From NCBI GenBank assembly GCA_002633005.1, contig NMRA01000619.1, positions 21,528 through 85,527 on the forward strand: DNA of 64,000 bases, given 5' to 3'. The translations under genes and the position numbers were made by a program. This stretch comes from Phoronis australis. Its lineage: Eukaryota; Animalia; Phoronida. Every line of letters begins with the position of its first letter. Within the stretch, counting starts at the first letter, position 1. The notes beneath the pieces were generated by a model, which saw nothing but the letters and a program-made list of their open reading frames with translations, was not told where the DNA came from and ran no database searches. Of this stretch, positions 11,506 to 24,165 are shown piece after piece.

Positions 11506-13660
11506 TACACGTTGGCCCTCTAGTAATGTAAAGATTGTCGAATAGCCTAATTATGATATTTTTTCTGTCATCCCATACCTGTAACCAAGCCGCAAGCTTG
11601 CGGCATGCTTGCCGCAAACAACTCTATGTCCTTATATGGAACAGTTCCTGCGACCCAGCCGCACATTGCTGCAAGCTTGCCGCAAACATCTTCATGGGGT
11701 TATATAGAAGTTTCTGCGAACCACCAGGAAAAAATATTGCTGCAAGCCTACAACATACTTGGAATTGTGACATGAATAATTTAATACAAAAATGCCAGCT
11801 GACAAATAAATAATTTTCATTGCTTTTATTGCTTGTTAAAGCAAGAAAATACACAATCAGCTGCACACTGGATTTAACATGATAATTTTCAATCTGATGT
11901 ATAATGACTAGAAATGAAAACAAAATCACATGACAATGAATAATAGAAACTATAAAAGTGTCTACAGTGGCAATTAGTAATAATACTTGTATTACAATCA
12001 AAATTGTGTCTTGAGAGAGCAACTTGAATGTATGCCAAGCTTTAATTACAATATACCGAGATGTTTTATTCTTAACACACGACAAAATCTATAATAATTG
12101 CAACAACGATATTATTTACTTGACTAAACTAACAACAGCAACAAGGAGCGTTGAAATGCACCCAACGGAGTGTTTATTAGCATTGAAAATGGCGCAAAAT
12201 ATGTCGAATGCCAGTGGAGAAAACCATGAAATCTGACTTTCCCCCGTGGAAAGGCATGCTTAGAACAGCATGTCGAGCATATTTAAGCATTTTATTTTAA
12301 ATTACCTCATTACTTGTCAACTGAGAAAAATCACTCTTGACAATTATAAACATATTTAGTTTTCCTATGTTCATCTAAAATACTTGAAAACTGTCGAATA
12401 CTTCATCGATTACTATTTTTGCTTCCCTATATAGTTTCATGATACATCAGTCTACTGAATGGGCTATCATTGAACTTGTTACTGCAGACTGCAATATTAT
12501 GTTACGTTATGTTATTCCGATTTTGGCGTACGAATACTCTTGTTTCCCGCCATGTAAGAAGACTTTCTACAGTGTAGTTCTTGCGCCAGATGTCGCTCTC
12601 TCTGACTATTTATTCTGGTACCGCTCTATTTGAACGCCATTCCACAAACGTTTTATGGTGGATAAACGTCAATGTACATAATTATTAATCACTTAAAAGT
12701 ATTTAATTTTCATCTTTGTTGAGGGCTAAAAATCACTAAATCTAGGACTGGACAAGGGAAGTGAAAAGTTGACTGGCAATTTGTTCAGCTCAAATCCATA
12801 GAATGTTTGATTCTAAAGTCAGATCATGGTCTCTGGCCTGATAGTCTTGCAGTAGTTTACCAAAGTGCAATGAGGTTTTCTGAGAGCACAAAACCATCTT
12901 TGGCTTGACGTGATTTCTAATTCTGTTGAGCAAGTTGAGAGGTATTAAAACACAATTTTTTTCATGAATGTGCGTGACTCAGCTGACTGTCCCATCTCAC
13001 AAGAGTGGACAATTAGGATTGTCCCAGAAAAATTACAAACAGCTGGAAAACACCCATTTGTGTTAATGCCTTACAAAAATTACAAGAATACAGAAGGCCT
13101 GTTCGCCAACCAACCTATCACTTGATGTATCGACTAGGCATATTTCATCATTTTGCCATAAATATTTTGGAGAAATGGCTTTTGTGAGAGAAGTAATTGT
13201 ATGACTGTGGCACAAATGGAGATCTCCAGAGTAACGTGGCAATACTGTAGATCAACTACGATAAAAGACTGACCATGTTAGATTGAACTTCACAGAGAGT
13301 TTTCAAATGTCATCCAAGTCCGAGACTGGACTTCGTTGAGAAAATCGTACACCTCGGGGCTGGGTTGTATACAACTTCAAAATTTTCCGCTGCGTAAGTT
13401 TGATTGTTGCATAAGGACAGGTGCATTGTTCTGCAATAACCATGTGATGTGTGATAATGCAACGTCATTGTTGCTGTACCGCTTATAACTTTTATGCAAC
13501 TGGGCGCTGAGGGACATGTACCCATGAGTTTGAAAACATGCAATGTTTAAGTAAAATGTGGGAAAAAATGCAGTAAGGGTGCTAATTTTTGGTCTTTCTA
13601 TAGTTGAAGAAAAGTTGTTCATATTTTTAAAACACTGCGGCCATTATAATAAGATGGCTC

Positions 13661-13706
13661 ATGTCCATTGCTGGAAAATTACACTCAAATTTGTTCTCTG
13701 AAATTG
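13661..13706 (+). CDS. MRPL27: Candidate first coding exon of MRPL27 (MSIAGKLHSNLFSEI-G)
   Basis: ATG at 13661; ends in phase 1, compatible with exon 13834, but the donor GTGCTT is weak. Confidence 0.3.
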
Positions 13707-13833
13707 GTGCTTCCAGTCAAAGTAGACATAACTTGCGAGTCGGTCCCCACGTGATATTTGAGAAATGTCAGACTGGCTTGGAATACGAAAGCTCGAACCC
13801 TTATTTATAAGTTTATGCAACTTACTATTATAG

Positions 13834-14021
13834 GTCAGTCCTCTTTTGTGGGAAATGAGAATGTGCGGCATGCTTCTAAGAAAGCAGGAGGCTCCTCTAG
13901 AAATAAAAGGAAGAACACACCTGGGAAGTCAAGAGGCCTCAAAGTGGCTTCTGGCAATGAGGTACACACTAGACAGATACTTCTGACTCAGCTGGGAATG
14001 AAGTATTACCCCGGAGAAAAT
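13834..14021 (+). CDS. MRPL27: Mitochondrial large ribosomal subunit protein bL27m, internal exon
   Basis: Acceptor ttatag, donor GTAAGC; encodes VRHASKKAGGSSRN...GKSRGLKVASGNEVHTRQILLTQLGMKYYPGEN, the L27 signature (ASKK.GGS.RN, G.K, I+.RQ, PGEN). Confidence 0.93.
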
Positions 14022-15009
14022 GTAAGCGCCATTGTATAGTTTTATTTGGAATTGCATGTTCCGTTTTTAATTTTTTTGTCGTCTTAAGAGTGTAATGGTT
14101 GATACAGTTGACTCGGTAGGTTCAGCAAACCACTCGCACCCTTTTTTTCTAAGTTGTCATTTTTTAACACCTATGCCTGGTCATATGCCTACCCTTGATT
14201 TGTAGAGTTGATAATGTTGGTTCCTCAAAGCACCTGCAAATCTTTTTGTTAATACTCTGTTCAGCTCCCATAATACGGGTACACACAATTCATTTGCATT
14301 GGAATCCACTGGTAGCATGTGTATTCATTTTGCTCGATTTTTGTTGATTCTTGCATATGATGTGTCATACATAAATACAAGTCCGTGGTTACGAAAGCAA
14401 CTTTAGATTTACACTTCATACTGTTTTAAAATTGAGACCAAATTTTTTATTTGCTTATAATGGATTAGATTTAATTGCCAGAAAGCAGCAGTATAGATAT
14501 GTGGAGAATTGCAGGTGATTGCAAAACCAGTTTCAACTCGAAGAATGGAGAACGTAAAATGCAAACTCCAGCTTCTCAAAAACTTTCCTTTAAATGCACG
14601 GGCTTCATTTTTGGGATAGTTCAAACACCCTGGTCACGAATAGAGACCAGTTCATCAACTATATGGTCCGTTGTTGTGTTGTAATATTACCACTGAGCAC
14701 AGAGGTAGTACTTAATCACAGGAAAACAACCATAGACCGTTTACTTTGACCTCATTGATTTATTGCATAATTTCATGCAGTTGTCGATCCATAGGTTATT
14801 ATCATTCATGTCTGTTTTCTTCGTGTCTGGAAGTCACGATGCATTCGACTGACAAGTCTTCCTAACATCATTTCAAAAATCTGTTGGTCTATTTTCACCT
14901 ACCTCTGGCCTATATTCATTAACATGATGTTTTGGTCGCTCATTTATCAGACTATCTTCAAATAGACCAATAGATTTTAGAATGATGTTATCACATCATC
15001 ACCTCAAAG

Positions 15010-15130
15010 AGGTTTAGGGAGACGAGCCCTGGCTAATCTCTGAAGCTGAGTTTAGGGAGACAAGCTCTTGCTAACCTCTGAAGTGCTGTTAGAGGAGGCA
15101 AGCCCTGGTGGCTAATCTTTGAAGTGCTGT
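15010..15130. repeat. ~40-bp tandem repeat x3 abutting the MRPL27 acceptor
   Basis: Unit approximately GTTTAGGGAGACAAGCCCTGGCTAATCTCTGAAG(T)GCT. Confidence 0.75.
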
Positions 15131-15135
15131 TTCAG

Positions 15136-15330
15136 GTTGGCATAAGACACGACTACAGTCTGTACGCTTTGACAGACGGCAAGATGATGACGTCATCCGA
15201 GACCCTCATGCCCTACCCATCCAGTCCTCTATACCCATCCGTGCAAAAAGGACGAGTGTATGTAAAGAACTTTCTGCACGTTATACCAGATGTAAAGGTT
15301 GGACGATTTAGGCTTGTGAGACAAGTGTGA
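15136..15330 (+). CDS. MRPL27: Mitochondrial large ribosomal subunit protein bL27m, last exon
   Basis: Acceptor tttcag; a phase-0 join gives PGEN-VGIRHDYSLYALTDGK...KNFLHVIP...RFRLVRQV* (L27 VG.G.D.TL+AL..G motif). AATAAA downstream at about 15467. Confidence 0.92.
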   Translation, partial: VGIRHDYSLYALTDGKMMTSSETLMPYPSSPLYPSVQKGRVYVKNFLHVIPDVKVGRFRLVRQV

Positions 15331-17974
15331 CAATTTGGCCTTGTTTAGTTTACCAAGGATTAAAAATGTGTGTCAGTGAATTTATTTCTCGAGTCACATT
15401 GGATGGTAAAATTATAAGGTTTTGGCATGTGATACAAGTTCGAGGTCTTGGTGAAAATGTTTGGGAATAAAGGATCATCAGACTCCTGTCTGATAATTGT
15501 TGGTGTTCAATGAGTGGCACAATTCTGATTTTGGTTTTTTAAGGGAATGGTAATGAGATTGGAGATTTTCTATGTGATGGAAAGCATGAAGACATGAGGT
15601 TGTCAGCTTAAGATTTGACACAAGTTTGTAAAGCAACACGTTTGAGTGATAATGCTTTTCACGTGAAGAGAGATTGAGGACATCATGGGTGTGTAAATAT
15701 GAGAAATGTCCAATGTGGAGTGTCATCATGGTGAAGGGTTTGGATCATTGTTTAGTGTCAAGTCAGAAAAGTGACTTAAAGGAACAAAAATGATCATTAC
15801 AGTTTTGAAAAAGTCTGTAGAATTTTATGTTCCATTTGTTAATAAATCAAAGAAGTCCTTGCACTCTCAGATAAGTTTTAGAAAATTGGATTGTAATGCA
15901 TTGGAAAAAGTAACGGTTACATTGACATAAACAGGACAGTTGTTGGTTCAAACTTTTATTAGTAATAAAACATTGTTCATCTCTTGATAGACTATAAAAA
16001 CGTTAATCATTATTATAGGTAACTAGAGACATGGTCATCTTTATATAGTCCTGTGACCATCTGGCATTTACTCAGAAAATGCCCAAACATACGTTTGGGG
16101 AAAATATGCATGGTTGAATCCTAGAACATTCCCCAGTTTCTTGGAAACCAAAACTAACACTGAAGAAAGTTTTAAACCATAAACCAGCTGTGAGGATAAT
16201 CCTACGTCATCACTGTTGTGAATCTACTCTCTTGGTTGTAATTATAGCGTCAGCCACAGTAATGATGTATCCAAGTGTATATTTGCCTTTCATTTGTCAC
16301 AAAAGTAATATTTGCTAAATATACAACTCAAACTTGTGTGTAGAAAATTCTCAGACTGGTACATGCCATAATTTTCCAATATTTGGGCACTCTTCTGTCA
16401 AACTACATTACGAGCCCCCAAGTCTTCTAAAATGTTCTCCGTATAAGTTTACTGTAACCAATTCAGCAAATGCTACATGTGGCTTGGCATTTGTAGAATT
16501 TGATGTTATTAATAAGGGAGCGTTCACAAATTTCATCATCACAGCCAATCCCCATTTTTGAAAGAACCGACAGTTCGTTGTAGATTCTGTTTTAATTCTA
16601 TGGACAAACTAAGGTCGCTTTAGAATCATGAGTTGCATTTGCCAATCTAGGATTCAGCAATGAAATAAAGTACGTCATTTCAACTACCAAACCAAAGACA
16701 ATGCAGAACATGATCATACCTATGTCAGCAAAGTGAGGATAGCGCAGGGAAGACAAATTGTTTTAAGAACATGTATGTGGGTACATATGGCAGTCATTTC
16801 TGTCCGGCATCTGTTGCTTTATCTAGTAAATGCCTTGTGTAATCTTAATGAGATTTGGCAGATGTGCCAAATTTGTCCAGGGTTACAGAGCATTATTTTG
16901 TTTCACAGAACTGGATGGGAGTATCTGTTAAGCTACTGTAAAATAGGGTGAAAGTGACACTTCAAGCTTTTTATGTGCCCACGTACCAGTATTTACATGT
17001 GGGTGCACAGTGCCGTCACTTCTATAAGGCGTTCAGCGACTGCATCTCCAAAACCCTGCACAGGATCTTATTGAAGTTTGCCAGGGTTGACAGCAGAGGG
17101 CGACGAGTTTCGTACCATCCCGAATACCGTTGTGCCATCTTGTGGTAATTTTAGTTTTTTCTGTTGCCTCTGTATCTACTGACTGACCCAAATATCGCTG
17201 TGGCCCCTTGTGGCAATTTTAGTTTTTTACGTTTGCCTCAGTATCTTCAAAGGTCCTCGTCAACCGATTTTCATGAAATTTGTTACATAAGCATCTATTA
17301 ATGAGGTGAAACTTCCTCCCATTTTCGGTTGGATTCAAGACATTTTGCACCATCTAGTGGTGATTTTTACCATTTTTGAGTCTGTTTTTTTGGCGTTCGC
17401 CCCTCTATCAACCAAACCATTTAAAGGATAATTGTGAAAATTGGCATGTATATACTTCGTGTGAAGATAACAGTTGACGATGATTTTCTAACATCAACTA
17501 CTGTGGCGCCTCCTAGTGACGCCCTCTGCAGGATCTCCAGTAAATTAGCATGTGTATTTTTATGCCGTTGACAACAGAAGGCGATGACTTTTAGACGGAT
17601 CCGACACACACTGTGCCTCCTAGTGGCAATTTTTTTTTTTCCGTTTTCCTCTGTTTTTCTGAAGTTCCTTGACGAATTTTCATGAAATTTCATTGGTAAA
17701 TAACTTTCTGTTAAAGGAACGTTGACATTTTTCAGTTTTGGGCGGGATTCAACGTATTATGCGCCATCTAGTGGTCATTTTTACTTTTTTCTAGTATGTT
17801 TTTGGTGTCCACCCTCTGTCAACCAAACCACTCTTAGGATGATTGTGAAAATTGGCTTATATGTTCTTAGTGTGAAGAGGAAAGTTGACGATGATTTTGC
17901 GACAACTTCAACTACTGTGACATCTCGGAGTGACTGTTTTGTATCTGTATCTCCTAAACCCTCTGCAGGATCTA

Positions 17975-18220
17975 CCGTAAACATTGGGGTTAACGCCCTG
18001 GGCGGTTAAATTGGCAAACTTAATAAATCAGGGGTGGGCGGTTAACCAGACATGGGCACTTAAACGTGAAATTTCAAGAAATCACGGGTGGGCGGTTAAC
18101 CGAACATGGGCGCTTGCTACAACAGACAATCGGGGTAGGTGGTTAATCTTACCTCATGATTCGAGTCCCTACACGTAGTTGGAACGCGTAGCACTTTTCA
18201 GAGCTTTATCGCCGCGTCGC
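17975..18220 (+). mobile_element. Left end of a pogo-like element related to 661-2387
   Basis: TA|CCGTAAACATTGGGGTTAACGCCCTGGGCGGTTAAATTGGC... collinear with 661-920. No matching right end found. Confidence 0.75.
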
Positions 18221-18589
18221 CAAATGACGGTAACAATGTCAGAACAGCGGTTGATCCCAAAAAAGTGAAATTAACAAAACTGTTGAGTAATAGCCCATAC
18301 CGTCCTGCGGTCTAATTAGAGCTGTACTTTAGAGCGCAGACGACCAGTGACTATGCAGCGCTCCACTTGGATTGCAACTATCCTCACGTGGTGACAGTGC
18401 AAAGTGCACGCGTGCAAGTTTCACGCGCTGCGTAGGTCACAGCAGAGTCATGTGATAGCTGACAAGCTCTGAGTTAGAGAGCAGTTTTAAATTATTTGTA
18501 ATTAAAGTTTGAAAAACTAATTCAGGTGTTTTTTGTGTTTGGGATGTTCATGTTCGAGACTCCGTGATTCCATGACATTTTCAATGTAA

Positions 18590-19090
18590 AGGCCTTTTCA
18601 TATTGACTTAACTCCGGTCTGAGGGGAGTGTCGACATAAACAGCGCAGTTAACTGGACCGTTCATACTGGCTTCGGTAGTTAATGAACATCAAAGTAGCG
18701 GTTGGTGCCGCTGTCGTCATCGAAGTTACCGCAAGGTAGCGTTGCATGCTAAGATTTTCAATGTTTCAATTTGGAAACATTTACATGTGCTAAGTGACAT
18801 TAAACTTATACTTAAATCGATTGGTTATTATTAAAGCAAAACATAAGCAGTTATTAGTGACGGCACTACCTTATAACTGTTGACGATAACAGTGGCACCT
18901 GGCGATAAGTTCGATTGGACCGAAGTTAAGCGTTCACTGCACCGCAGCGTCGACGCTGCGCTATTAAATCCACCTGTTAACTGCGATGTTAACTGGAGCT
19001 GTTAACTGCGATCCAGGACCAGAGTTAAGCGTTCATACTGACTGCAACTCCCCAAACCATCGACGCGTCGACGTTAGTATGAAAGGCCCT
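18590..19090. mobile_element. Harbinger/PIF-like MITE
   Basis: TAA TSD (18587-18589, 19091-19093); imperfect TIR AGGCCTTTTCATATTGAC / AGGGCCTTTCATACTAAC; internal palindromes. Confidence 0.65.
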
Positions 19091-19441
19091 TAAAGTTCTG
19101 CGGCTGTTTTGATTTCGACCGCCCAGCAGAGGTAGGCAGACATAAGCCAGTCGTCAGTCAAAAGTTAGCGCAAAGGCATTACTCAAAAAAAAGGAATAAA
19201 AATTTTAATTTAAAAAATACTAACATACATTATGAATGGGATGAGTTGTTCTTACATGTACGTGCGTTGGTAATAATAATTTGAAGACAAAGCCCCCCAT
19301 TATTCGGGTAACCGGCACCAGTGGTTTTTTATTTGACTAAATTAGTGACGAGTTCCAACGAGCAAAGCGTCCTTACTGAGTCGGTGTTGTTGCAAACGGG
19401 ACTCGGCGCTAGGCATAACAAGCTGCAAGTCGCGCGACCTG

Positions 19442-19829
19442 GGCCCGGTCTCTAATCTTTGTACTCGAAACGAACTCGAAACTATTTTTGGCAATTTCTC
19501 TGCTCCTTTTGCGCGAACTTAAGATAATTGGTTATCAGACAGTGCTCGAATACATTATAGTTTATGCATAGGAGTTTCTAGTTCAAGTTTGCCCTTGAAG
19601 ACCCTTATATTCGTGCTACAAACTCGAGTAAAAACTCGAAATTTCGAGTTCAAACTCGAACTTATTGCTTTAATATTGGGTTTACAAACTGTGAACTAAG
19701 GGCAATAAATTATCTACGTAAGTTATTGTGTACTCGAGCATAGAATAATGGACACTTGAGTTCACCCAAAAGAAAATGCCAAATATAATTTTGAGTTCCA
19801 TTTCGAGTAAAAAGATTGGAGACCGGGCC
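19442..19829. mobile_element. Harbinger-like MITE with CTG TSD
   Basis: About 40-bp TIR GGCCCGGTCTC(T/C)AATCTTT..TACTCGAAA, 3-bp CTG duplication (19439-19441, 19830-19832), internal AACTCGA repeats. Confidence 0.8.
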
Positions 19830-20052
19830 CTGAATTTTGAAAATGCGAGCCGAGATTTTGGTCATCTTATATTTAGTCGTAACATGCGATCTGGAATTTC
19901 CAATGTATGGACCACGGCATACATTTGTGATAAAACGTCACAAAATAGCGATGTTTCTGTTCATTGTTAAACGATCAACTTACCAAATTTTGTAGTGGAA
20001 AAAAACACATTTTTATTTTGCACGTGCTGTTAACCTGGAAGTTGTCAGTGAT

Positions 20053-20460
20053 TTGAGTGCCACTGCTTTTCTGCAGGCATTCATGCATGATACTTATGGT
20101 GATACGAACATTATTTGCAAAAGCGAATCTCGTAGGGCACGTCTACATGAACATTTTAGACGTAGTTTTAGAGACGAATATCTCAGTGCTCTGCGTGAAA
20201 GACATTTGTATCAGAAATCTAGTTCATCTTCTAGCAATGATATTAAAGTTGACGATGTCGTTATTGTACACAACGATGGTCCTCGGATCAATTGAAAATT
20301 AGGGTGTGTCGCGAAGTTGTTGGTTGGTGGGGATAGCAATAGTTAGTCTTAAGATAGGTGGTCACGACTCAACTCGAATGCTAAGTAAACTATATCCTCT
20401 TCAACTGTCAGTTTAGAATGGTGTTATGTTTTTTCGGTTTCGGGGGGGGCAGGATGTGGA
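20053..20460 (+). mobile_element. BEL/Pao LTR retrotransposon 3' remnant (integrase C-terminal region, PPT, LTR start)
   Basis: HF..F.DEYLSALRERH...IKVDDVVIVHND.PR.NxKLG...KLYPL pattern, followed by the purine tract GGGGGGGGCAGGA and TGT at 20455. Confidence 0.75.
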
Positions 20461-21109
20461 TTAACCTTTGACCTCAGTCCTGTTTTGTATTTGTCTCCTT
20501 GAATACAGCGTGCTTTTTACTTGTTGACTTCAATGGTTGTGTTGTTTTATTCATCTCTCTCTATTATTTCCACAGTGCCCCCTAGTGGCAATTTCATTTT
20601 TTCTGTTTTTCTCGGTTTCTCTACAGTTCCCCGACAGATTTTCATGAAATGTGGTAAATAGCTTTCTGTTAAGGAAACGGTAGCATTTTCCTATTTTCTT
20701 GATGGATTCAATGTATTTTGTTTCATCTAGTGGCCATTTTTATTATACAAATACACACCCCTAGAACCACACCGTTTGCTGTGCATTCATGAGCGCATTT
20801 CAATGCTCCGCGTCGGCTCATGTTCACTTACTTTGTGGTTGAGTAACAGTGGCATGGTAGAGGGCTTAAAATCCGGAGAAGTATTTCCGCTAACAAAATT
20901 AATAGTTTTTGTTTGGGATTTCCGATTTTCTAGGGTTGATCTAACAGTTTTTGAAACCTACCAACTTGTCTCCAAAGCGGGGAAATTTGGCACTGTAATC
21001 TCCAAAGTGGGAAATTTGGCACTGTAATCTTAAATCTTTTTCATACACTGTAAAATTAAATGTTGCAGTAGTTGTCTCAAAAGTGATGCTTGGATGACAA
21101 TTATTAAGT

Positions 21110-22900
21110 ACATGAAATCATTTCCCACGACTGCCGCGAACATATGTTCGAACTAAGGATTTCAGCAGCTGAGCAAAAAACAAAAATGAAAGCCCGTTCA
21201 AAACTCTATCTAAAAATATAGTTTCGCAAAAATATATAAAATTTTCGAAAAATTTGAAATTTTGCATATTTTTGTAATTCAAAGTCAAATAACTGATAAA
21301 TGTTAAGACTGAGAAAAACATTGTTGCAGTACTTTTGAAAGGAATCCACATGCAAAAATTTAGGTCATTTGCTTTTCCCGTTCATAATGCGACTGTAGAA
21401 CAATCAGAAATGGGTGAAAATGTGCCAGAGCCGCCATCTTGAAAGCAACTTCCACTTAATCAAAATTTAACAATAGCCAACCACAAGAAACGAGCGCGTA
21501 ACAAGTTTGAAAGTGATTGGTTTGCCAATGCACCCTCCACAGTAGAAAACGTTTTCAGGCAGAAATCGAGGTGCGCATGGGCCATTACCAATATTTCCAT
21601 CATCTTTAACCGGTAGTTGATGATTTACGGCACAATTGTAGAACCTGTCGATTATAATAGCCATACTAATTTTCAGCCGTGTACGTCAAAAATTGCGGGC
21701 TCTATGAGCATTTGAATCTGACGTCGGAAACAAAATGGCCGCCACGTCTGCCATTTTAAGTCCGATCATAAACAAAAACAATAGGCTTCCAGTACTTTCT
21801 GGTCTACACGTGTGCAAATTTCGTATGAATTGGATGAAAATTGCGACCTGTAGAGTGCAAACAAACAATTTTTAATGCTGTTGGAGTAACAAACAACACT
21901 CAGAGGAGCGACACTAGGCGAAATTAACTAAAAAGACGATGATGGTTATGACGATGAAGGTGGCGAGTATGAACAACGTGATGATATTCATATGACTAGC
22001 GAAGATGTAAGAAATCAGTAAGAAATAGGCTACGGTCTTGAGTGACACTTGGCAAAATTAACTGAAAGGACCACGATGGAGATGACGACAATGGAAATGT
22101 CGACGACAATGATTATAATGATGATAGTGGCCATTATGAACAACACGATAACATTCATATGACTAGCGAAGATGTCAGAAATCAGTAAGAAATAGGTCAT
22201 ACTGTCTTGTTCAATATAGAAGCTAAAACAACATCAGTGCAGCAAGACCGGTGAACAAAGGAACAGCGTTTTCAGAAAATCTCACATAACTCAAAAAGTA
22301 GGCGTCCTAGCAAAAAATGAAGAATATCTTCCGAACGCATGTTAAAAACTCTATCTCTTGACATAGTTATAAAATTTTTAGAATAATTTCAAATTTTGCA
22401 ATTTTTTGAAATTCAAAGTCAAACAGAACTTTTGAAAGAGCACATTTCAAGGAATCCACACGCAAAAATTCATGTTATTTGCTCTTTTCGTTCAAAATGC
22501 GACTGCAGAACGATAGAAAATGGATAAAAATGCGCTAGAGCCATCATCTTGAAAGTGACTTCTGGTCTTTTAGATTTGAATAATAGCATGTCAATAACAA
22601 CTGATAACTGAAAAATTTCAAAGGAATTGGTCCTATAATGCGCCATCTATAGGAGAAAACATTTTTAGCCCAAAATCGAGGTGCGCATGCGCATTTGCCG
22701 ATATTTCTGTCATTTTGACTGGAAGCAAATAATTTCCGGTACACATGTTGAACACGTAGGGTCCAATATATGTATTTTGGGTTTTTTTGCAATTCAAAGT
22801 TAAATAACTCGAAAACAGTAAGTCTGAGAAAAAAGTGTTACACGTCATTTGAAAGGGTGATGATCGGATGAAAATTGTGACCTGTATCGTTCGAACAAAC
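21110..22900 (+). repeat. Two diverged direct copies (~21180-21870, ~22310-22900) of an unclassified interspersed repeat, plus a ~60-bp duplication (21968-22030, 22135-22197)
   Basis: Shared blocks AAGGAATCCACA.GCAAAAATT, GCCATCTTGAAAG, AAATCGAGGTGCGCATG, GGATGAAAATTG.GACCTGTA. Confidence 0.65.
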
Positions 22901-23740
22901 AAACAAAAAAAAATTAGTGACAGAGCAACACACTTGGCGAAATTTATTTTGCGGAGTAAAAAACTTGGTGTCAGAGCAACATGCTTGTCGTAATTCGAAG
23001 AATTCCACCAAGTAAAAACATTTGAAACAGTTCAATATGAGAAACCGGTATCTATACTGAACATAATTATGTCTTATAATGAACCCCCAATTCGCTATCG
23101 GTAACTAATGGTTCAATAAACGAAAACATTAATAATAATAATAATAATTTTAATGTCATATGAAGTTGTAAAACTTAGACTCCCTTGCTGTTCAGTACTT
23201 AGTCTACTCTTCACACAATTACTGTGAAACAATTAACTATCAATATTTTCCCTGTATTTCAACACCCGACCAAGAGCTATTTTGACAAGAAAGCACGGGT
23301 AAAACTTCAGTTGAGGCTGAAGTTACTGTCTAATTGTCCTTCACCTTGCCCTGAGAACATCTAGGCTCACAATTGCTAAAGATATCAAAGTAAGGTATGG
23401 TAAAGAACTTGAAGATAGTAAAGCATTAATGTAGTGCTGATCTTGTGTTCCACCTGGGTCAGATCTTGTGTCCTACCTTGGTGAGATTTTTTTGTAATAT
23501 TTAAACCCATCACTGTTAATTTATAGTTAAGAATAAATATTCATCTTTTTCTTTACCTTATTCAATATCAGTTCAGAGCATTAAATAAACATGTAACATA
23601 ATCAATTAAAGCTAAATAATTTCTGCATAATTACTAGAAGAAATAACAACTAGTGTCTAATTGTAACATCTGTCATTGAACATCCTTAGGCAGCACTAAG
23701 AATATGACAAACAATTGCAGATTCTTTGCACCAGGCAATG

Positions 23741-24165
23741 CTAATACCTACGACCATGTGGCTCTGTATATGAGGGAAGATTGTCATGCGAATGCCATAT
23801 GGGCGCATCACTGCCACGATAATCTAATGGACTATTCTGTCCAGGGCCACTATTGTAACCAGGGTTGACATGACCCATGTTACTGCGAACTCTCAGCTCT
23901 GGCTGGCTAGCATACTGGTTGTTTTGGTTCATATTCTGACCATTTGCTGTCCCTTGATAACGATTCTCTTTTAGCAAGAGACGTCTCTGCGCCAACGGTG
24001 TGCCTTTCTCACGTGCGTCTCCAGGACTACGCGCATTGCTGACGTTTTGGTGCTGCGAAGATTTTGTCGAGTCTGTGCCGGCCAAATTCTTCTTGATTTT
24101 CTCCGGAGACATTAGGTGATGTTCCACACCCATCTGCTGCTCGAGTTTGGCGAAAGTTTTGGTAT
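23741..24165 (-). CDS. Transmembrane channel-like (TMC5/6/7-type) protein, last coding exon
   Basis: Acceptor tttttgcag; phase-1 join with exon 32621-32744; DTKTFAKLEQQ...LPSYTEPHGRRY* low-complexity cytoplasmic tail. Extra exons in between cannot be excluded. Confidence 0.7.

Larger units (their letters stand above)
16968..20824 (-). mobile_element. Helentron/HINE-like tandem-repeat-bearing element (minus copy) interrupted by nested insertions
   Basis: Reverse complement of the family at 30605-32339: TTTTTATGTGCCCAC end at 16968 and ...CATTTCAATGCTCCGCG..TGTT end at 20824; interrupted from 17975 to about 20570. Confidence 0.65.
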
